Assembly: GCA_903813345.2 (NCBI GenBank)
Contig: CAIIXF020000001.1
Location: 21,204,001-21,268,000 of the forward strand
Direction: 5' to 3'
Length of the DNA stretch: 64,000 nt
Source: Owenia fusiformis
Lineage: Eukaryota
A program made the position numbers and the translations under genes. The notes beneath the pieces are model-generated. The model ran no database searches. It had not been told where the DNA came from and saw nothing but the letters and a program-made list of their open reading frames with translations. Positions 13,409 through 26,500 of this stretch are shown one piece after another; position 1 is the stretch's first letter; each line of letters opens with the position of its first letter.

Positions 13409-16400
13409 TCATCTTTTTAGTTCTTCAGTAGCTTCATGCTTAACTACAGTACATTAAATTTAGACATAAAAGAAAATAGAGGAGATATAATCTCTGCAAA
13501 TAAATCTTCGCTATAGTCAATACAGAATACCAAGGTCTCAATATCCATAACAAACAATACAAATTCAACACAGCTGGTAAAATAGCCAAGGTTTACAACC
13601 CCCTAGTGTAAGATTGAACTTGAAGATTTTCTTGACCAGAATGGGTCAAAGGGGTGAATTATTATGGGAATGATTTTGGCTCATCGACAGACAACTCCAT
13701 ACTGACTATGACTACTCAACCAGATACAACCAGGGATACACAAATCTGGACCTTTACCAAACACACCTCAAAATAGATCAAAAATTGTCCACTTACCAAA
13801 AAAGTACCAAGCAAGTGTGGCAGCAATTGCCATCATTAGCACAATAGTAATAGCCACCCGTAGACAACAAGTCAGCCGCCATTGTTTATAGTGGTCCATT
13901 TCTCGCTGCTTGGCACGTTGACGCAGCTTCTTACTAGAAACAATGCAATGGATTTAGTATGTGAACTATTTTTGTATTGCAGATGAATTTTTCTACTAGA
14001 TGATAAAATGGGGGGGGGGTCTATTAAATGTCTCAAGAGTTTCTGGCAGCATGTAGGTGACATATTCAAAAGATACATCAAACAAGACCTAAAATATTGA
14101 AATTTTGGGGTCAACCCAGTTGTCCGAAACCCAATTCTCCGAAACCCAGTTGTCCGAAACCCAGTTCTCCGAAAATTGTATACAGCTCTATGAACGAGCA
14201 TTCTTTCATTAGTAAAGGGTGTATTTGAGAGTTAATTTCATCAACTGAACAATTCCTTTATGGGCTGGTATTTAATAAAACTGTCACAAGATGAAAGTAC
14301 AAGGGCATATACAGGTGATATAGATGTTCAAACAAACAAAGTTAAATTATGTTATTCTCATTGCAAAGTGGCGTTTACATGACATACATAGGGGTGTACA
14401 ATTTTTAAACCAATTTTTTTTATGGCCCATAGGCCTTTTTTGAGAGGGAATAACATTTTTCCAATGGGTGATGGGTGTTCATAAAAGGGAAAATAGCTTT
14501 CCCAAGCCAGTGGGCATTTATTTAGTAAAGTTGATGTGTACATCTTTTGAAACCAAAACTTATTCTTCACTTACATAAGCTACTCTGTTCGAGAAATAGA
14601 GATTAGATTCAAAAGGATGAAGTGAGTACATGGCGAAAATGAAACTTCTTGCAAATGGGAGAACATCCATTTTCGATATGAGGACAGCCTTTGACAATGT
14701 AATATGTATACTGTTTTATTCTTTAAAGGAACATTCCTTGCCAGACTATTTTTCTCCTGATATGGCAGCTACAATCATATATATACTTTACATATTTAGC
14801 AAAACACGGGAAAATGTTTTCATATGGTCAATATTGATCATTTAAAAATGTAGTACTCATTCCCAGTAAGCTGCCATCTTTTCAGATTTCTTCCAGGAAG
14901 TGATGTCATCGACTCTCACCTGTTATAACCTTGTCTATTACAGTATAGGAAAGAAGTACAAAATCACTTCTAAACAAGAAGCCCTTATCTTCAGTGTAAA
15001 AATATTTTCAGGAGTTGTCAACTTAGAACTAAAGAAGAGATCATCAAAAGGACTTTAATCATAGACCAAATTGAAAAAAATATTCAGCTGGTTTAGTATT
15101 TCTAATAGCTCCTTACCTAATGTTATATGCAAAGTTGAGAGTCGATGACATCACTTCCTGAGTGAAATTTTAAAAGATGGCAGCCTACTGGAATTGAGCA
15201 CTACATTTTTAAGTGATCAATATTGACCATTTCAAAACATTTTTCTGTTTTTTGATAAACTTGCAAAGTATGTATATGGTTATAGCTACCATATTAGGAG
15301 AGAGATGGTCTTGCAAGGAATACCCCTTTAAGTTCTATGCGATAACTTATTTTATATGTTTCAAAATGTTTCATTTTATTTTGCCTATCTAAAAAAGACT
15401 GAAGAAGATAGATAAACTGTTCCGTAATATATATTGTGTTTTGATAACCTTTTTTATATTTTTTTTGTAAAATATATAAATCCCCCGTTCCTGCCATTCT
15501 GGAAATTTTTATTTTTTTTATTTATTTATTTATCTATTTATTTTGACATATGCTTTTTTAACAGCGGCACACTATTGCTAGGTGCGTCAGTATTTGTAAT
15601 CTACATATATATTTTATAGGCACTAAAAATGTTTACATAAAATACGACAATTTTCTAGGGTTAAAAAGTGTTGCTAAAAACATCTTTACATATTTGTAAA
15701 ACATATAAAAAATGGCATGCCCCCATTCCATAATAAAAACCTTATCACTAAGTAGTGTAACCTCGATCATGAATGTTCGAAGGCAATAAACTACTACTTA
15801 AATTGGGAGAAATGTATTTCTCTACATTGTTGTAAAAGTTGGACCTGGCTTTGGCAAAATGGGGACACACCATTAATCTGTGTGATAGAATATCTCTCAA
15901 CTTAAGAGACGCCATGCAATAGATGCACTTTCAAAGTGAGAAAGAGAGATCTATGAACATCAGAAAGTACGTCCCCCCTTTCTTTGGTAAATTATGACTT
16001 TATTTTTCGGAGTAATGGGTTTTGGACAACTGGATTTCAGACAACTGGGTTTCAGATAACTGGGTGTCGGACAACTGGGGTGTACGCAAAATTTTCACAA
16101 ACATGTATATCGATTTTTATACATTATAACATAAGTAACCCATATTGTTCTGAACTAGCCTGCATCCAACCAAACTATAATATAGTCAAGACAAGAATAC
16201 ATGACGCCTCATTTTCTCCATAAAGTTAACATTCATTTTAGATGAAATGCAATACAAGGTCCATTTGAGATCATTTAGATCTTCAGCATCAAAACTGTTC
16301 AAGGCATCAACATGCAATATGTCACCACCTGCCATTTGTTAGACGCTGACTGCCAAATGCTGCACTATCCACAAAAAAGTTGGCAATGGCTGGACATGTA

Positions 16401-16735
16401 AATATTCTTTTACTCCCATCTGTTTTAATTGTTTTGATGTAATTTGTATATGCACACTTTAATAGCCTATTTTAAACTTTAAAACTAGAACAATATGTCG
16501 CCACTTGTTGACATAAAAACCAGAAAGCAGAGTGCTTGAAGCCGACGGGAACTCAGAGTGAGGATGTATTATCTAGGGCTACATACCTGAAGGCTTTGGG
16601 ATTACTGTGTAAAGTTGCACTCTGCTGGGAAAGTTTTGTTAAAGTGTAGTCTTCAAACTGTTTATGCTGCATGTCCATCTCAAGGTCCCGCATTGTGGCA
16701 CCCGCACCCCGGCATGATGCCTGGATCTGGACCAT
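13409..16735 (-). CDS. Putative 106-aa tail-anchored membrane protein, divergent synaptobrevin/VAMP (R-SNARE)-like
   Basis: Exons 16587-16735 (donor AG|GTATGT), 13797-13933 (tttctAG / GTAAGT) and 13409-13443 join in frame. Protein: MVQIQASCRGAGATMRDLEMDMQHKQFEDYTLTKLSQQSATLHSNPKAFSKKLRQRAKQREMDHYKQWRLTCCLRVAITIVLMMAIAATLAWYFFVKHEATEELKR*. It has a heptad-like helix, a basic juxtamembrane stretch and a C-terminal TM. Confidence 0.6.
14100..16097. mobile_element. Foldback DNA element with 15-bp subterminal tandem repeats; hosts the TTAA MITE
   Basis: (AAACCCAGTTGTCCG)n at 14112-14175 and inverted (CGGACAACTGGGTTT)n at 16005-16080; ends approximate. Confidence 0.6.
14727..15327. mobile_element. 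TTAA-flanked MITE (Kolobok/piggyBac-type target)
   Basis: TTAA|AGG...CCT|TTAA with ~190-bp imperfect inverted arms. Confidence 0.75.
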
Positions 16736-19013
16736 AGTCTATTAACACTCACTGTTCGTATTCATCAATAATTAAGGGCCTAAAATTAAACATCAAAAAT
16801 GGTTATTCATATCAAAAAATCAATATTTTTAAAATATTATTTGCACACTGTATATTTATAAAGGTTAGAATTAGACCAGACTTTGACTGAAGGGAATGCT
16901 ACATGTAATCAATGTATAGATGGCAATTATTTTTACACAAAAAACCTTTGAGAAACAATTATTTTTGAAATTTTCAATTTACAATATCTTATACAATGGG
17001 TAATGTTTTTGAGTAAAACAAAGGACCCTTAAAATAATTGAATCAAGAAATACAAATAAATATGAATATCTATACCTTTATATTAGAATGCTGAACCATG
17101 AATGTCCTGCATTGTATCTGAGCTAGCTTACTTTGCAACATATTCTGTAAGGAAAACATTGCCTTTAAATTACAGATAGTTATGAGGTTTTTAATGTTTG
17201 AGGGATTTGTAATATGAATTTTTTAAGCACAAATCTTCATTCATGTATTCACGTAAGCTGCACAAATTAACAAACTATTAAAATCATGCACTTGAATTTC
17301 AGGTTTATGGCTAATTGTACAAATGTTCAATCATTTTTAATAATATTATTCTTACATAACAATCTTCATCTTTACTTTACCACCTAGTTGGTATGTTCCA
17401 TAATTTTCAATTTATCTTATCCTCAGCCCTTCCCTATATTCACATACTAACAATAATGAAGATTTATTCAAGAGTTCATAAAAAACAATACATGTTAAAA
17501 TTGTAAAAATTACCTTTCTTGGAATCCATTTCTGTGTTGAGTAATTTAGTAATTAAGGTGGGGTTTCCAAGATGGCCTCAACTAAGGGACCATCTCAACA
17601 TTATCAAATCTGCAGTCGAGTTTAAAACTACATGTATCCAGATCACAATGTCTCTTAAAGTGGTAATCTAGTTTTCATATTAATCAAAACCCAATTTTCT
17701 CCTCAATTTTGGTTTTTCTACTTTTACTCAAAGAAAGTTTTAAAATTTTGCATTCCATTGGAATTTTCAATACTATAGATGAACTTATGAATAATTCATC
17801 CACAATCACTTATTAATATAAGAGTATATTTAGTACATGTACTAGTAATTGGTAATTGAAGTGTAGACCTAATATTTTGACAGCCAAAATTGTTTGTGTA
17901 ATTAGGGGCACAAGGTGACAGCTTGATTATTCATGTTTTATTTCTGACCAAATAGACTGATACAAAAATGAATGAATGAATAGTCCATTCACATCCATGT
18001 ACTTGTAATTAGAAATGAGATATTGAAATACAATATTACATGACAGGGGTGACTTATTATCTAAGCTGTATTTTTCTAAATTAAATAAGAAATTAAATCA
18101 TGTTCTTATTTATTTGATTTCTTTCAAAAATGAGGGGTAAATAAGCTACTTACATGGAGGAATTGGATATATTGGTTTTATCAACATCGGAGGGATAATA
18201 TGATTATCTAATCGAGGGTTCTGATTGATACACTTATACAAGTTATAAGTATGAGTAACATAAAACAATTAGAAAACAAAAGGCTTTCAGTTCAGATATT
18301 CAAAGAAATTCCTGCACAATTGAAATGCAAATCTTAAGAGTCGCAGCTGTCACTAGAAGTGTGCTATATCAAAAAATGAAACAGGGGTTACTGTAACCTA
18401 TAAACTTGTTTACTTACTTTAAACATGTTGAACATGAGTTTGTATAATCATGGAATTTTGTCATGTAACAAATAAATCAAGAATGAAAGAATAGATTCCA
18501 AGTTGCTAAATATATGAGGCTTGTTCAATAAAACAGTACAAATGTTTTCCATGTAGAATTCTCATCAATTGAAGTCAATAGTATGTATGTCTAAATATTG
18601 AAAAGATATTATGAGGTGAGTATTTGTACTTTAATGAAGGTCAAATCTCAAATCTAAAGTCAGATTTGGACTTTTGATAACTTGTAACTTGATAAATTGG
18701 GTCAATTTGAAGCAAGTTGAAAAAATACATATTTGACCTTTTTTAACTTATTTTGACCTGAATAAGTAATTGAAGGTCAAATTTTGAAAAATATTGAAGT
18801 CAGTCTAAACAGTATGTGTTAAGTTATTGGAAGTTGTAAGAATTTGTTACAGACGCCAACTGCCGATCGCCAACAGCCGATCGTCAACCGCCGCCACAAA
18901 AAACAACATGTCGCCACTTTTTGGTGGTGACATAAAAACTAGAGTTATTTAGGATCAGAATAACAAACACTGCCATTTCAATTTACATGTAACAATAAAA
19001 TTACAACAAACAA

Positions 19014-19270
19014 ATTTTAAATCTTAATTGCCAATGAAACTAAAGAATATAATTTGACTTAATCACAAAAAACAAAAATATCTATTCTGAAATAAAAAAC
19101 AGCCAACACATTTTAAATCTTAATTGCCAATGAAACTAAAGAATATAATTTGACTTAATCACAAAAACAAAAATATCTATTTTGAAATAAAAAACAACCA
19201 ACACATTTTAAATCTTAATTACTAATGAAACTAAAGAACATAATTTGACTTAATCACTAAAACAAATATC
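19014..19270. repeat. ~96-bp tandem repeat (~2.7 copies)
   Basis: TTTTAAATCTTAATTGCCAATGAAACTAAAGAATATAATTTGACTTAATCAC recurs at ~19014, 19110 and 19205. Confidence 0.85.
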
Positions 19271-20572
19271 TTTTTTCACAGGTTACCTTTCATCATTGAA
19301 AATGGGATCTAGATCGTAAATGCCTACAAAGATCATCCTCTACTACAAACCAGTTAGAGGGATGATACTAAGTCACTGGAGGTCACAGGTCAAAAACGGA
19401 TGAAATACCATTATTTACCAAACTTCATCCTACTTATTTTTCTAGCTTCAGAGATTCTCATTGTTTGAAACTACATGCACATCTATGCACTACTGGCCAA
19501 ATTGGCAATACTTGGTATTTAGTGAGTAATATGTTGGTAATGTCTACAAAACTACAGATAATACATTTTACGATAAAAAAAGTTACAAATGTTTGAGAGA
19601 ACAGGCTACAAAAGCATTCTTCAAAACAGGGCTAAGTTAATCCCCTATTGTTTGATCTAAATATCTGTTTATATGATGTATCACTGACATCTATAGACAT
19701 CTTTCAACACTAGCGGTGACACCACAGCACTTATATCAGACATGTCAAAATTAAATAATGGACAAAATGTCATGTTAATTTCAATTATGTCCTGCAAAAT
19801 TAGCTAACCTAGATCAAAACTGGCTCCAAGTCCAAGTCTTCACACACTGGTTGGAAGAAAAGAATTTCCTATGGATTCCTCTTACAGTTTGACTAAATCG
19901 AGATTGCTCGACACTTGTAAAGACTGCATGTTCACTATTTAGAGGTTATGTCACTATCGTGGCTTTTCAACACTTATATTAGCCCGCTGTCTTGTGTACA
20001 CTTTGCACTATACATCATTATAGGTATGTTATAAATAAGAGTATGAAACAGTAATATCATCCTAGACATCACATTGATATCATGTCAGCAGTTTGTCCAA
20101 GTTATGTATCCAATAAGTTTGAGTAATACAATAAGTCGAGGGAATCCAATAAGTTTGAGTAATCCAATAATCTGAGGGAATCCAATTAGAGATGTACAGC
20201 TCTTGACAATGCTCATAATCCCAAAAATATACACACTGTGTTTAATACTGAACTCCTGCAATATTCCCATTACTCCTGTACCTGTCACTTTTGGCAAGAC
20301 TAGTTCAAGTTTCTCCAGTACATAGAGACATGGATGGATACTTGTATATTGTATCCACTGTAATTCTATATAACTGGTGCTTTAAGAATCTATATCAGGA
20401 TTATACAGGGTGAGCTCCTTTTTGTTTCTCACTTTCTTTGAATAGTGTTACCACTCCTCCTCCTCATTGCTCCTCTACATTGCTCCTCTTTACAGTTCTT
20501 CATTCCCCTCATTGCTCCTTCTCCCAATTGTTACTCCTCTCTCTTGCTCCTCCTCTCCATTACTCCTCCTCT

Positions 20573-23500
20573 TCATTGCTCCTCATCCTCGTCATTGTTT
20601 GCTGTCTCAGTGATAGGTCTGAAGTTGAGAGTCCCACTTCCTCTATCTGGATCTGGCATCCTGAATATCCTTAGCTCTGGACATACTTTTAACTTACTGA
20701 AAACATGATATGTACATGTTTATAAATATATTTTAATCTACATATGAAGCATCAATTAAGTTCTAGCCTTAATCCAAAACATGAATATATATGTATATAG
20801 ATAGCCTTAAGGAGTGTCAATAGATGGCGAGAAATTCAATCAGTGGGTTGGCTTGTTAAGTTAACCATGTAAAATTACTTCAATAATTTTTGTTTGTGTG
20901 TTTTCTCGAGATATTTTACTTTAGTGCCTGAAATTAAACCTGGACACATGATTGGTCTATAAATTAAAAATATGTCAAAGTGTTTCTAAATGTACAGACA
21001 AATTGTCCAATTGTTCAAGTTAATAAATGTATGGACAAAGCCAGGTACAATGAAGGACCCACGGTCCTGTGCTCACACAGTTTGGAACCTTCAGAGGAAT
21101 GTATATCCTGACTTTCAAACAAAAATATTGATTTGGATTTGTAGTCTCGAACTTTGAGAAACTTAAATAGCACAGTTGTGTGACCTAGTTTGATGACCTT
21201 TGACCTTGAAAATTTTACTTAGTCAGAGCTCAGTAAGGTCTTTTGTGATTAAGCTGACCAAAATTTACATCCAAAAATCAATTTGAAAAATCAACTTTTT
21301 TGACCTTTCGAAGGTCACTGAAGGTCAACTAAAGGTCAAATCCTAAAACTAATGTCAGATTTGAACTCCTGGCAACTTGTAGATGTAAATCATTGCAAGA
21401 AATGATCAAGTATAAGGCAAACTTTGAGAAACTTGTCAATTACAAAACCTGCCATTGACTTTATACATGAGAAGTTTCCTGAAAATGACCAAGTCCTACT
21501 TTTTGTCAAATTTTATGGAGTAAACACCAAAAACTGTAATTCCAAGAGCTTTGAAATCTTCAGAGGACATAAGTTGCATATACAGCAACTACAAAAAGTT
21601 ATTTGAAAGTTCTACTTCAACAAAGTGTCTAGTATTTACAGAAAATTTGACTTTTTGACGTCAAAATCCGCAATTTCTCGGAAACCGGGCGAACTTGGGA
21701 AATGGCGATGATAGGTCAAATAGGCATTATGGATATGCATAAAATGAATGTGGCTATGACTCAATCCGAATAGCAGTTTTAATTTGTGCGGCCAATGTTG
21801 ACGGACGGACCAACGGACGGACGGAAGGACGGACGGACCAACGGACGGACGCCTGGTCGATCCCATAGGCTCACTGTGTGAGCCAATAAAAGCTTATTTC
21901 ATGCACTGGACCACGACTGAGCGCATTTCATACCTCATGTCCTGAGGGGTGAGAAAGATAAACTGTTTATCCAAGTTCTGTTTTGCCATTCCCAACATCA
22001 TATTCATAGAGATCTGTCTGTTAATTGCATCCTGAAATAAATACATACATACTGTATAGAGGTTTCAATCAGTCTTTTGTCTAGCATACATCTAGCAGTA
22101 ATAAAATTTACAACTTAAACGAGACCTGATCAGATCTTTGTTCTAGTCTGCCCTTGCATCTATAAAGATATCAAGTATGTTGAACTGATCAGCGATTTTC
22201 CCCAGAATTTTGATGACAAGATTAAGCTTAAGGAGGCGCCCAAATGCCGACCAACCCAGACACACTAGATGACAAAAATTTAGTGAGATAAAAACCAATT
22301 TCAGTCTAATTGCAAACGTATTGGTACAATCACACAAATTTCTAGTAATGTAAAGTTCAACTTACCATGAAAACGTCAAACTCGTCAAGACACCTGAATG
22401 GAGACTCCATAGCCTGCCAGAGACTCAACATAAAACACACTGTAGAGAAACTCCTTTCTCCTCCAGACAGTTCCTTGGTGTCTTTTACCTCAGAGAGCGC
22501 TCGTTGTTGTTCTCCTGCCCTCGATGCAGGCTGTACCTAGAATAATACCATACAGACATATTAATGCAATGATCATACAAGGGTGTCTCTAAAAATGGAG
22601 TCTTATCACATCTTTTTCTATTTTATAAAACCAACTTTAAGTTTGTATGTTAAATAATCTTATCCCATCTGATTGTTGTGCTTTTTGAGCTAGAAGCAAA
22701 AAATGAGTTCAGACTTGAGGGAAATGCATCAACACTTGAAACATTTCAACTTTATGAACATACTTAGATAATATTGACTCAGGGGTAAGGTTTATTGCTC
22801 TGAAGATTTTAGGTCCCTACTATGGATCATAAAATAGAATATGAAAAAGTATGTGATAAGATCCATTTTCTCTTTTTCATATGTTGAATACCATTTATAA
22901 TGAAAACTGATAATTCAACCATGTGATATTGAAATGTTTTCAGACGTTATGATACTGAATAAGAAAAGCTTTGAAATATAATTGAATAATAATTTATTAT
23001 TATCTTCATTTATAGGTTAGGTTCAATTATCATAATATTTAAAAAATTGACAATTCTTAGCTAGTACAGGGTGTACTAAAAAGGCTATTAGGTTGACTGT
23101 TCAAAATCACATCAAGACCTTCATATGACAAGTGCAAGTTTGTCTGCAGAGATGGTAGCCATTTGGACCTTGTTCCTTAAATGGCCAGGAAATAGGCCAT
23201 ACACATCCTAAAGTGATGAAACTTTGTCAACTTATAGAACATTGAACTAACTTTAACTATGCCAAAAAGATCAGTCAACTCTGTTGTTTAAAAAGATATG
23301 CATTGTTAGTTTGGTTGCACTTTTTGGTACACTCTGTACATACTACATAGCATACATGGAACAATACACATGCATATTTAAAAGTTTTATTCAATGGTAT
23401 TACACTAATCTAGCTAAAGCATTCTCCCAAATGAATTGCAGCTTGTCAGCTTATATGAGAAAATTATCCCATTAAAATATAGCAAGTGGTTTTTGAAGGG

Positions 23501-26500
23501 TTTTCATGCAATCTAAAACGGAAGTGACAAAACTTGTGCAGCTGTCTGGAAGAACATATTATTTCTGTTGTGACTTTCTTTGTATAAATCAACAATAGGT
23601 TAACATAGAAATGTATAAACTAACATGCAAATGAACAGACTTATTATAAATCATGCCTAAAAATCAACAACAAACCAATATAAACATAAATTGCATTACA
23701 ATGAGTGTCGGCTAAAAAGGTGCTGAACTACATATTATATGAAACACATTAACAGACACACAGGCAAACACACTTGAGTACAGGGTGTCAAATAAGTCTG
23801 TTCTCCCCCCTTAACTTTTTTAATTTAGAAATAACATAGAGTTGGTATATATCATCTTCAAGGGAATTTAATTTGCTGATCACACACCAAATTACAGAGT
23901 GATTGGTTAAATTCTAATATTTTTGGAGTATTTTTAGTGATGTCCATATTTCACTTTTTAATAGTCTGTATGTCTCCCCCAGCAGTCCGGATTGCCTCAA
24001 TTCTACGAAGATATGATCCTGTATAAATCATTCAGAACGTTTAATTTTGGCTGTAATCAACTATTTTGTGATGAAAGATGCCCCTGCTTCAAAAGCTCCC
24101 CTGAATGAAACACATTTTACTCTGTAACGATATTGAGAAACATCGAAATCACCCAATGTTGGCATTGTCACTGCAGTATCAAAATTTCATTTTCATTCAC
24201 TATACCTTGTAATTTTACTTGTTTTGACGTAATCAAAGGTCAACTAGAACCTTACAAGAAACATTGTAGCAATTTTATTAGGAGAAGTTTATGATTGATT
24301 TTTTGAGGGTGATCAGCATTTTCCATAAGCTTCAAAATGATATATGGGAAAGTATGATCAATTTAAAGATAAAAAAGTTAAGGGGGGAGAACAGACTTAT
24401 TTGACACCCTGTATAACAACATCAACAAGAGATCTGAGAGGAAAGCAACTTAAGGTTATATATGTGGAAGAGATATAACAGATAACTATGAACAAATGAA
24501 GTTAGGAAATCTTATTTGAAGTAAATGTGTGGATGACATTAAAAGGAGACACTGCGTTTATCGATGAAAAGGAATAAAAAATTTCGAAACACATCACTCA
24601 CAGTCAAGTGAATACTACAAAAAACTTCTGAAGTAGAAAACAGCATGAGAAGAAATCGGTTATGACACATGCACTGTTTACCCTGCAAAGGTGTTTTTAA
24701 ATTACTTTTGAACGAATAGATGGCATATTGGTTAACTCTTAATAAGGCAGTATGAATGATCTATATAGGAATTTAGGACATGATAAACATTTTCGATAAC
24801 AATTTTACAGAATAGAGAAAATTTTTTGACTTTAATATAATTGAAATTTTAATATGGCCTGTTTGAGGTGTTTTTGGTGCCAAACCAAAGTTTGAATACT
24901 ATCAACCCATTTCAAATACCAGGACGACGAAAAGTTTTTATTTAACTAATGAACACTGAAAAGTATGCAAAGCCTCCCTTTAATCATCAACAGGAAAGAA
25001 GCAGGTTGATTAAAGGTAAAATTCAAACAGGAATAATTCACTTCAACATCACAGACTTACATGCATTACTATCATCTCTTTACGATGATCAAAGCGTAAT
25101 TTTCCAGCGAATTCACGTTCTTGGAGATACTGGTTGAAGCTATATTTAGTTCTAAGTGCAATAAACTGGCGAAACTCATTGTAATGCGCCTTTCTGTTCA
25201 TCATCAATTTGTCAAGCTTCTGTAACATATAACATAAAATAGGTTTAACATATAATAAGGAGATGTAAGAAGGATGAAGATGTGATGGGACAGTCACAAT
25301 AGACAGTGATCTCCCCAACAACAGGGGGTAATACTCCCTTCAGAAATTTTGAAAATTAAATGGCACCATATTGAAAATCTGTCTGCACACTTTCAAAAGC
25401 ATTAAATATTGAGATATTCTGAAGATAATGCTTCCTTTTAAGAATAAATAAAAAAAAAGATATTTGAGATATTTCGACGAGATTAGGATAATGCATCCTT
25501 TTGAGAAGAAATACCTGGGAAGATCACTGATGTGTGTTAGTAAATAAAGTACAAGAGTATAATGCGTACCAATACATAAAAGGCATACAGAAGCAAAGCA
25601 CAAATAAAAATGGTACTTGGTAGAAAACATGTAAAAAACAATCACATAAAAAAACTAAAAAAACTAACCAAACATTTCCGTTTTTTGAAATTGCTATTAG
25701 TTATGTGAAATATCAATTCTGATGCTCAATTAGAGCTTGAATTAGTATACTGAAAGAAATAAAAAAAAAAAAAAAAAAATGCAAAGATTCGAAATTCAAA
25801 ATGGAGGATTTAGAGTGTTTGAGCAAGCCACAAATGTTCAAATGGAAAAAATGTGATATTCTTAGTTATGAAATCCATTGAATTTATAATTGGAAAAGCT
25901 TTAATTCCATTCTAGTTTATGATTCTTGAATTCTGATTGGCCCATATGGAGTGACAAGGATGCGATACAACATTATATGAGAGACTAAGAGAACAGAACA
26001 GAATGAGTGTGAAATACACTATCAAGAAGCGAGACAGAAGCATAAATTAAACTCTCCATGCAATTTTACACTGAGTTGTCCATTATTGCTTGCTTACTAT
26101 AACATCAAGACTTTTGCCTTTGTGGGTAAACTTGAGTTTTCCTGAATAGCCATTAACAATACAACGACAACTGAAAAATTGTGATGTGCGATATGCCATG
26201 CTCAGGAGAATTCTGTTGTACATTCTGCCTCTCTTCTTCATAGCCATGTCCAATGCCTGAAAATAATTATCTGGCTACAATGTAATAGTTACTTGGATTA
26301 TTATGAAGAAACGTGGGTTTCCTACAAGAGCATATAGCACAAGCATAAAGTGTGTAATTATACACACGCAAAATGAGAATTGTTCAGATATTTCAAGCGT
26401 CTTTGGGTAAAAGAGCAGAACATTTTACATGTAGGGTTGCAAATAACAAAGGTCATATGGAAACAGGTCACAAAGTAAACCCTGCCTTATATCAAAGTTT

